Below, one piece after another: positions 10,135 to 16,840 of a stretch of 45,419 nt of DNA. Source of the DNA: Candidatus Wolfebacteria bacterium (GTDB lineage: Bacteria > Patescibacteriota > Minisyncoccia > Phycocordibacterales > Phycocordibacteraceae); contig NVRX02000006.1 of the NCBI GenBank assembly GCA_002400985.2, positions 169,368 through 214,786 of the forward strand. Reading direction: 5' to 3'. Each line of letters begins with the position of its first letter. The stretch's first letter is position 1. Below the pieces are notes generated by a model. The model was not told the DNA's origin. It searched no databases and worked only from the letters and a program-made list of their open reading frames with translations. The translations under genes were made by a program, and so were the position numbers.

Positions 10135-11769
10135 ATGTTTGAGTTTTTGCTAAACTTTCAAAATTTAGATCTTTTTTCTGTTGGTGCTGCAGTAGCGGGT
10201 ATGTTACTACTTGGTTTTGTTGTTCTCTTTGGAGACGTTAAAAGTGCAACAAACCGTACTTTTTTATGGCTCACAATTACTGCCAGTGCTTGGGGGATGG
10301 TTAATTATGCTGTATATCAACCTTTTTACTCGGAAGATTTTTCTTTAATATTACTGCGTATAGCAGTATTTTTCTCTGTTTGGGCTGCTTTTTCTACATT
10401 TACTTTTATTTATGTTTTCCCTAATAAAAAATTAGAATTATCGTGGCCTTATGTATATGTTCTTATTCCAATAACAATCTTTGTATCTTTTATTGCATTA
10501 ACACCGTTTGTATTTCAAAGCGTAACTGAACTAACTGCAGGAGGTAGTATTTTAACAGTGTTAAATGGCCCGGGTATTTACCTTTATGGAGCTCTCATAA
10601 CTTTTTTTAATGCAGGAAGTGTAATCCTTTTAATTAAAAAATTGTTAAAGAAAGATGAAAAACAAAATAAACAACTTCAACTAATTTTAGTTGGCGTAGC
10701 ATTAATGTTGGCCTTGATAACAACTTTTAATTTTATCCTTCCCGCTTTCTTTAATAATTCTAGCTTTATTGCTTTAGGAGGAATTTTTCAATTCCCATTC
10801 ATAGTCCTTGCTTCGTATGCAATACTTCGGCATGGATTATTCAATGTAAAAGTAGCAGGAGCAGCACTTCTTGTTCTAGCTTTGTCAGTTTTAACTCTTG
10901 GAGAGGTTATAAACGCTGGTACCTTAGGTCTTGTTCTTTTTAGAATTAGTATTTTCATATTAGTTTTGATATTTGGCATAAACTTAATTAGAAGTGTGAT
11001 TAGAGAAGTGAAACAGAGGGAAAGAATTGAAAAGCTAGCAAAAGATCTTGAAGTTGCAAATAAAAGATTAAAAGAACTTGACCGACAAAAATCAGAATTT
11101 GTTTCTATTGCATCACACCAGCTGCGAAGTCCTATTACCGCAATACGTGGATATATTTCTCTCATTATAGAAAAAGAGTTTGGAGATTATCCGCAAGCTA
11201 TTCGAGAGCCACTAGATCGTATTTTAGAGTCTAGTCGTCTCATGGTTAAGTCTATTGAAGATTACTTAAATATATCTCGCATTGAACAGGGGAGAATGAA
11301 ATATGAAATGAGCGATTTTGATATATCAAAATTATCTAAAACTGTCGTTAATGAATATAAGCCTATTGCTGACAAGAAAGGTCTAGACATAATGTTTAGC
11401 GGCCCAGAAAAAAATATGGTCCATGCTGATATTGGAAAAATAAAACAAGTTATTGCAAATCTTGTAGACAATTCAATAAAGTATACTCCAGCTGGAAATA
11501 TAAATGTAAAAGCAACCGCCTTTGAGGGTAAGGCAAGAATTACTGTTTCTGACACAGGAGTGGGTCTTGAAAAGGAGGACCTTGGTGACCTATTTAATAA
11601 ATTTGTACGTGCTCGTGGCGCAAATAAAATTAATACTTCAGGAACAGGTCTTGGACTTTATGTAGCAAAACAAATGATAGAAGCTCACAAAGGGAAGATA
11701 TGGGTAGAGTCTGATGGAAAAGGGAAAGGTTCAAGATTTATTTTTGAACTTCCAATAGCTACTTCTTAG
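10135..11769 (+). CDS. Membrane sensor histidine kinase (multi-TM N-terminal region, HisKA, HATPase_c)
   Basis: About 9 hydrophobic segments; H-box IASHQLRSP, N-box NLVDNSIKY, DTGVG, GTGLGL. Confidence 0.93.
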   Translation: MFEFLLNFQNLDLFSVGAAVAGMLLLGFVVLFGDVKSATNRTFLWLTITASAWGMVNYAVYQPFYSEDFSLILLRIAVFFSVWAAFSTFTFIYVFPNKKLELSWPYVYVLIPITIFVSFIALTPFVFQSVTELTAGGSILTVLNGPGIYLYGALITFFNAGSVILLIKKLLKKDEKQNKQLQLILVGVALMLALITTFNFILPAFFNNSSFIALGGIFQFPFIVLASYAILRHGLFNVKVAGAALLVLALSVLTLGEVINAGTLGLVLFRISIFILVLIFGINLIRSVIREVKQRERIEKLAKDLEVANKRLKELDRQKSEFVSIASHQLRSPITAIRGYISLIIEKEFGDYPQAIREPLDRILESSRLMVKSIEDYLNISRIEQGRMKYEMSDFDISKLSKTVVNEYKPIADKKGLDIMFSGPEKNMVHADIGKIKQVIANLVDNSIKYTPAGNINVKATAFEGKARITVSDTGVGLEKEDLGDLFNKFVRARGANKINTSGTGLGLYVAKQMIEAHKGKIWVESDGKGKGSRFIFELPIATS

Positions 11770-12538
11770 ACTCTTTGCTAATACGTTTTGCCTCACTATG
11801 TGCAAGATCAAAGATATTTTTTGACATTTGTGCAATTTCTTTATCTTCAATAATTACTGCTGTTCCACCATTAGCGCTATTCATGTAGGCGATTTTGTCA
11901 TCATAAATTGCATAATCAGAGGTAAAATCAAAAGATTTAGAAGGAATAAGTACTGCATCATCACGCGCTGTTTTACTAGATTTCATAGACATGAGAATTC
12001 TTCCAAGTTTATTGTCTGGGTGTATACCAATCATTTTTATTCCTAGTTCTGCTCTTTTGTCTATATACTTAGGCATATATAAAGGTAGTAGTTTACTTAT
12101 TTTTAAAACAGAAGAAGCAATGCGTATTACTTTTTCTTTTGTTTGAAGAGAGTCTTCAAATGTTGCTATTAAACCTTTTCTGCCTTCATAAACTCTAACC
12201 TTGGGCTTGCTCCTCGTGTCTTTGTGAAGGGCTTTTAACTCAGGAAGTATTTTGTGTAAACCTTCCTTAATAAGATTTTTCTCTTGAATGGTAGATTCAA
12301 TTTCTTGAATAAGGATTTCAGGATTAGTGGCAATATACTGTTTTACACTCTTGTCTTCAGAGATGCTTACCAATCCTTTGTTGAGTAGGGAATCAAGCAC
12401 CACATATGTAGAGCTTCGATTTACATCAGCTCGTTCTGCCACTTCATTAGCTGTTGCTACCTCAAGTTCAATAAGAGCAACGTATACTTTTGCCTCCTTT
12501 TCACTCAGCCCAAATTTTTCTAATTGCTTAGTTAACAT
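11759..12538 (-). CDS. TrmB-family transcriptional regulator (N-terminal wHTH, C-terminal PLD-like effector domain)
   Basis: GLSEKEAKVYVALI...RSSTYVVLDSLLNKGLV, PKVRVYEG..G, IYDDKIA. Confidence 0.88.
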   Translation of the reverse strand: MLTKQLEKFGLSEKEAKVYVALIELEVATANEVAERADVNRSSTYVVLDSLLNKGLVSISEDKSVKQYIATNPEILIQEIESTIQEKNLIKEGLHKILPELKALHKDTRSKPKVRVYEGRKGLIATFEDSLQTKEKVIRIASSVLKISKLLPLYMPKYIDKRAELGIKMIGIHPDNKLGRILMSMKSSKTARDDAVLIPSKSFDFTSDYAIYDDKIAYMNSANGGTAVIIEDKEIAQMSKNIFDLAHSEAKRISKESKK

Positions 12539-12549
12539 ATGTAATTACG

Positions 12550-12732
12550 TGTTGGTTATATACAACATAAAAGCAGACTATTTGACATAATGCAAATATT
12601 GTTGTTGGAGACTAACAACAATATTGAAATAACCCTTTAACTAAAAGCTTTAAAACTGTTTGTTTCTGTTGGCTTGTTTTGACAGCTTAAATACTTTTAT
12701 TGCGTTGTTTTTGTTAAATATTTACGACATTT
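12550..12732. promoter_or_regulatory. Four TGTTR-N8-YRACA (TGT-N12-ACA) operator-like boxes between the divergent trmB-like and vanX-like genes
   Basis: 12550 tgttg-gttatata-caaca; 12603 tgttg-gagactaa-caaca (inside a perfect 12-bp inverted repeat 12595-12625); 12667 tgttg-gcttgttt-tgaca; 12712 tgtta-aatattta-cgaca. Confidence 0.75.
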
Positions 12733-12740
12733 CTAAATAG
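12679..12740 (+). repeat. Direct repeat copy 1 (about 60 bp; copy 2 at 14919-14982)
   Basis: 12704-12732 is identical to 14944-14972 (29 nt); flanks similar; offset 2240 nt. Confidence 0.92.
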
Positions 12741-12780
12741 GGCAAAATTTATTTTGGATGTTCTATGAAAGGAGCTCAAA

Positions 12781-13587
12781 ATGTCTACAAATACAAAAAA
12801 CTCACTTTGCATGGAGTCAGCAATGCAAATAATTTCCTCCAATACTCAAAAAGCATACGCAAAAAGATCTTGGAAGGAAGTTCCCATTATTGCAAGCAAA
12901 GAACCCTTAATAAGTCTTCCGTCTGCAATATCTTCTCCTTACTATTCAAAAGTAATGAATCTTGGGGGCGGAAACACAATATATCTTAGAGAAAGTGTCT
13001 TAACTTCTTTGAATGAGGCGCGAGATAAATTACTTTCTCTCGGTTATGATTTACAAGTTTATGATGGTTGGAGGTCTGTAGAACTTCAAGAAGAACTTTT
13101 TTGGTTTTATATGAAGAAGTTCACTATTGAACTGTTTCCAGAAATAAAACACTTATTTGAGAAGGCTATAAGAATTTCTCAAATAAAAAACTGTTTTTAT
13201 GAATTGCCAATCATGAAGCAAAAGCTTGTAAAGAAAGCGAATTGTGAATACGTAAGTTGGCCGTCAAAAGACCCTATGGTTCCAAGTCCTCACTCTACTG
13301 GGGGCGCTGTAGATGTCTGGCTTTACAAGGATGGCAAGGCTTTAGATTTTGGCGTTCCCTTTGACTGGATGGAAGATTCAGCTGGGGCTTTCTATCATCT
13401 AAAAAAGAATCGAAAAAGATTTCCCAATGATTCTGAAGTCTGCAGGAACAGGACTCTGTTAACTTTGTCTATGGAAAGTGTTGGGTTTTCTTGTTATCCG
13501 TCAGAATTTTGGCACTTTAATCTGGGTAACCAGATGGATGGTCTTGTTAAGAATACAGACGCTTTGTATTCTTATATTGAACCATAA
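12781..13587 (+). CDS. D-Ala-D-Ala dipeptidase, VanX/DdpX family (peptidase M15D)
   Basis: YDGWRS..LQ, SPHSTGGAVD (SxHxxGxAxD), SEFWHF (ExWH); AAGGAG SD. Confidence 0.88.
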   Translation: MSTNTKNSLCMESAMQIISSNTQKAYAKRSWKEVPIIASKEPLISLPSAISSPYYSKVMNLGGGNTIYLRESVLTSLNEARDKLLSLGYDLQVYDGWRSVELQEELFWFYMKKFTIELFPEIKHLFEKAIRISQIKNCFYELPIMKQKLVKKANCEYVSWPSKDPMVPSPHSTGGAVDVWLYKDGKALDFGVPFDWMEDSAGAFYHLKKNRKRFPNDSEVCRNRTLLTLSMESVGFSCYPSEFWHFNLGNQMDGLVKNTDALYSYIEP

Positions 13588-13590
13588 TCT

Positions 13591-13621
13591 AACGGAGGGC
13601 AATTATGCCCTCCGTTTCTCT
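13591..13621 (+). terminator. Hairpin, probable terminator between vanX-like gene and ddl
   Basis: Perfect aacggagggca-atta-tgccctccgtt stem; short T tail. Confidence 0.7.
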
Positions 13622-13638
13622 ATGATAATATATTTAAA

Positions 13639-14688
13639 ATGCCAAAACGTAAAATAATACTTTTTTTTGGAGGAGAATCAGAAGAGCATAAAATTTCAAT
13701 TCTTTCTGCAAAAAACATATTGAGAGCAATAGACAAAGATAGATATCAGGTTTGTTTGGTTGGCATCACAAGGAGTGGTGTGTGGCGAAGAATAGAGCCA
13801 GCTCAATTATTAGACAGCTCGTATGACGAAGTTGAGGATAAAGACTCTGAAACTGAAGTACTTTTTTCTTTTAGTAAAAAAATGTTTTGTTTTGTTAAAA
13901 AAGGAAGTAAACAATGGATTAAGTTTGATAATGCTTTCCCAATTCTACATGGAAAGAACGGGGAAGATGGGACAATTCAAGGTTTTCTTGAAATTGCAGG
14001 AATTAATTATGTTGGCGGAGACGTTCTTGGCTCCGCAATTGGAATAGACAAAGAAATTTCTAAAAAAATATTACAACAGGCAGATTTATTAGTTGCAAAA
14101 TATCTTACAATTCAAAGTTCTGAAAAAACCCCAACTTATCAGACTGTATCAAATCTTCTAGGAAGATCTCTTTACGTAAAGCCAGCACGCTCAGGGTCCT
14201 CTTTAGGAGTGTCTAGAGTAGAAAATGAAAAACAGTATAAGGAAGCGCTGAAAGCTGCACACAAGGTCGATTCCAAAATTATTGTAGAAGAGAATATTAT
14301 TGGGCGAGAGATTGAATGTGCAGTACTTGGCAACTTACTACCAAAAGTTTCGACACTAGGAGAAGTGCTTGTAAAAGACAGGTTTTATAGTTATGAGGAA
14401 AAATATAATGCCACTTCTACAACTAAAGTAATAATTCCTGCAAAACTAACTGAACAAGAAGCTCTTACTGCAAAGAAATTAGCAATGCAAGCATATAAAG
14501 TCTTGCGTTGCAGAGGTCTTGCTCGTGTGGATTTATTTTTCTCAAAAAATATTTTTTATGTGAATGAGATAAATACAATGCCAGGTTTCACTAATAAAAG
14601 TATTTACCCAAAACTATGGGAAGACAAAGGCCTTTCATATAAAGAACTTGTAACTTGCTTGTTAAAGCTTTCTGATGAGAAAAAATAA
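13639..14688 (+). CDS. ddl: D-alanine--D-alanine ligase (DdlA-like)
   Basis: FGGESEEH.IS, LHGKNGEDGTIQG, KPARSGSSLG, FYSYEEKY, ARVD, NEINTMPGFT. Confidence 0.93.
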   Translation: MPKRKIILFFGGESEEHKISILSAKNILRAIDKDRYQVCLVGITRSGVWRRIEPAQLLDSSYDEVEDKDSETEVLFSFSKKMFCFVKKGSKQWIKFDNAFPILHGKNGEDGTIQGFLEIAGINYVGGDVLGSAIGIDKEISKKILQQADLLVAKYLTIQSSEKTPTYQTVSNLLGRSLYVKPARSGSSLGVSRVENEKQYKEALKAAHKVDSKIIVEENIIGREIECAVLGNLLPKVSTLGEVLVKDRFYSYEEKYNATSTTKVIIPAKLTEQEALTAKKLAMQAYKVLRCRGLARVDLFFSKNIFYVNEINTMPGFTNKSIYPKLWEDKGLSYKELVTCLLKLSDEKK

Positions 14689-14787
14689 CTAGTGTTTCTA
14701 TTTAATAGTTTGACAGATTTATTGTCGAAGGTTCTTTTTGCTAAAAGTAGAGAAACACGACGCATAAAGAAATTAATTTATACGCTG

Positions 14788-14982
14788 TGTTAGTTATTCA
14801 CAACATAAAAACATGTCATTTAATATAGCTCTGCCTATGTTAGATATAGTCTAATGGTGACATATTCTAATGTCTTTTATACAAGCCATGATAAGTCACT
14901 AGTAGATGTGGGTGTATCTTGACAAAATAAATAGTTTTGTTGTGTTGTTTTTGTTAAATATTTACGACATTTTCTAAAATAG
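14788..14982. promoter_or_regulatory. Second regulatory region with three TGT-N12-ACA boxes, including direct repeat copy 2
   Basis: 14788 tgtta-gttattca-caaca; 14907 tgtgg-gtgtatct-tgaca; 14952 tgtta-aatattta-cgaca; 14787-14810 matches 12549-12572 at 21/24 nt. Confidence 0.75.
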
Positions 14983-15049
14983 TAGTTTTACTTAAAGAGA
15001 AAGGCATTCTGCTTTTCTTAAAACTGTTCTTTACAGAAAGGAGGACACA

Positions 15050-15547
15050 ATGCGTACCAATTTACGTATCGTTGAAGACATTGATACTCAACTTTGTAAT
15101 GCAGCAAAATTATATGGTCAAATGCAAGAGTATTCGAACAAAGGTCTTCTAAATAAGTTGATCGAGGACGGATACTCACGCCATGATGCAAAAGAACTTA
15201 TTGACGATGTCAAAAAGTTTCTTGCATTAGCCGCAAGTGTTTCAGAAGCTATTGCTCCAACAAAAGCACTGGATATTGGATGGCACGCCTTTATTCTCTT
15301 TACAAGGGAATATAGTAAGTTTTGCTTACGGTATTGTGGTTGGTTTATACACCATGAACCAGTTGATAAAGAGTCTGATTTACCAGACTATGAAATGTTG
15401 CCACGAACAAAAAAGCTTGCAAAAGCTGCCTTTGGTGCACTTTCTAAAAATTGGGAAGTTACAAAAGGTCAAAATGATGTCGATTGCAACCCTATTGGGT
15501 GTCAAGACAAAGAATGTTCAGTTCCTGACTGTTCATCAAATCAGTAA
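15050..15547 (+). CDS. Glycine-rich domain-containing (GRDP/DUF1399-like) protein with C-terminal CX4CX4CX4C tail
   Basis: KKFLAL...P...LDIGWHAFILFTREYSKFC...FIHHEP family signature; tail CNPIGCQDKECSVPDCSSNQ; AAGGAGG SD. Confidence 0.75.
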   Translation: MRTNLRIVEDIDTQLCNAAKLYGQMQEYSNKGLLNKLIEDGYSRHDAKELIDDVKKFLALAASVSEAIAPTKALDIGWHAFILFTREYSKFCLRYCGWFIHHEPVDKESDLPDYEMLPRTKKLAKAAFGALSKNWEVTKGQNDVDCNPIGCQDKECSVPDCSSNQ

Positions 15548-15551
15548 TACT

Positions 15552-15590
15552 GTGGGCGCATGTACACGTGTGTATATGCGCCCACTTTTT
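15552..15590 (+). terminator. Intrinsic terminator after GRDP-like gene
   Basis: gtgggcgcatgtac...gtatatgcgcccac long stem followed by TTTTT. Confidence 0.8.
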
Positions 15591-15601
15591 ATACTAAGAA
15601 T

Positions 15602-16180
15602 ATGAAATGGGATAAATATTTAACAAACACAGAAAATGGTCCGGCTAGGATTCTTTTAAAAGAATCTATTAAGTATTTAGAAATTTACTCAAAACCAAAA
15701 GCGTTGGACTTGGGTGCGGGATCTCTAAACGACACAAAATTCTTATTAAAAAAAGGATTTGATGTTGTTGCCGTTGATTCAAACAAAAAAGTTAAAGAGT
15801 TGGCAAAACATTTACCAAAAGAAAATTTTGAAATGAACGTATCTTCTTTTGATAAATATGATTTCAAAAAAAATTCTTTCAATATTGTTAATGCCCAGTA
15901 CGCTCTTCCATTTAACAGTCCTAAAACTTCTAATAAAGTAATTTCTGATATAAAAAACTCAATTAAAAGTAATGGAATTTTTGTTGGACAGTTTTTTGGG
16001 ATAGAAGATGATTGGTCAGATATAAAAAGTATGACATTTCATGCTTTGGAAGATGTAGAAAGTTTTTTTGAGAAAAACTGGGTTGTGCATAAACTTGAAG
16101 AAGAAAAACAATTTAAAAAAACAGCGGCTGGTAAAGACAAATATTGGCATGTCTTTCATGTTATTGCGCAGAAAATTTAA
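15602..16180 (+). CDS. Class I SAM-dependent methyltransferase (TehB-like)
   Basis: ALDLGAG motif I, VVAVD, GIFVGQFFG, KYWHVFHVIAQK; ATG 15602 follows TATACT. Confidence 0.85.
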   Translation: MKWDKYLTNTENGPARILLKESIKYLEIYSKPKALDLGAGSLNDTKFLLKKGFDVVAVDSNKKVKELAKHLPKENFEMNVSSFDKYDFKKNSFNIVNAQYALPFNSPKTSNKVISDIKNSIKSNGIFVGQFFGIEDDWSDIKSMTFHALEDVESFFEKNWVVHKLEEEKQFKKTAAGKDKYWHVFHVIAQKI

Positions 16181-16181
16181 A

Positions 16182-16799
16182 ATGCTCAAAATACAAATAA
16201 AACACAATAGATTTTTAGATCCGGTTTTTTGGTGTCATTTTCAACAACGTTTTAAAATAACAATTTTAAAACGAGAAACTCAAGATGAAATAGATCTTAT
16301 TATAAAAGAATACAAAGAGACCTGGTTCAAAAATGAAAAGAAGATTTTAAAAGCAATACAGCAAATAACAAAATTGACTTTTAAGCACTCTCTTATTGAT
16401 GTACATATTGTTCGTAGAATAGATCGGAGTTTTAGTAGGCCTATAATTTTTGATATAAGAAAAGCTCCAGAAAATTTTTGTGATCAACTAACTCACGAGT
16501 TATTACACATAATTCTCCAAGAAAATAATAATATTGTTTCTTGGGAGGTTTTAGAGTGGTTAAACGAGAGGTTTCCAAAAGAAAGTGACACAACAAGAAA
16601 TCATATTTTTATTCATGCGGTTTTAAAGAAAATCTATATAAATATCTTAAAGAATCCTAAACGCCTTAAGGAAAACATGAAGCGATCACAAGGCCACCAC
16701 AACAATGATTATGTGAGGGCCTGGGAGATTGTAGAAGAGTATGGAGAAGATGAAATAATCAAAATGTTTACAAAATATTACAGAAGTGTAAACGCTTAA
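16182..16799 (+). CDS. Hypothetical protein with HExxH motif (putative zinc metallopeptidase fold)
   Basis: LTHELLH plus downstream NHIFIHA; ATG 1 nt after the upstream stop. Confidence 0.6.
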   Translation: MLKIQIKHNRFLDPVFWCHFQQRFKITILKRETQDEIDLIIKEYKETWFKNEKKILKAIQQITKLTFKHSLIDVHIVRRIDRSFSRPIIFDIRKAPENFCDQLTHELLHIILQENNNIVSWEVLEWLNERFPKESDTTRNHIFIHAVLKKIYINILKNPKRLKENMKRSQGHHNNDYVRAWEIVEEYGEDEIIKMFTKYYRSVNA

Positions 16800-16840
16800 A
16801 TAAAATCAATAACTTTCCTCTGTGCTGTATACTTCTGAAC

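Noticed and set aside
10135-14688. Vancomycin-resistance (vanSRHAX-like) cluster
   Set aside because: No vanH or response regulator; the ligase keeps the KY omega-loop signature of D-Ala-D-Ala ligases; the kinase has a multi-TM input unlike VanS.
14604-14765. Minus-strand ORF of about 53 codons as a remnant of a second trmB
   Set aside because: No similarity to TrmB; about half of it is antisense to ddl.
14794-14802. DnaA box (TTATTCACA) suggesting an origin
   Set aside because: Single copy inside an operator spacer; no DnaA-box cluster or dnaA gene.
12679-14982. Direct repeats as att sites or IS ends flanking vanX-ddl
   Set aside because: No recombinase nearby; the repeats sit at equivalent positions upstream of two genes and consist of palindromic boxes, which fits shared regulation better. 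An old duplication origin is not excluded.
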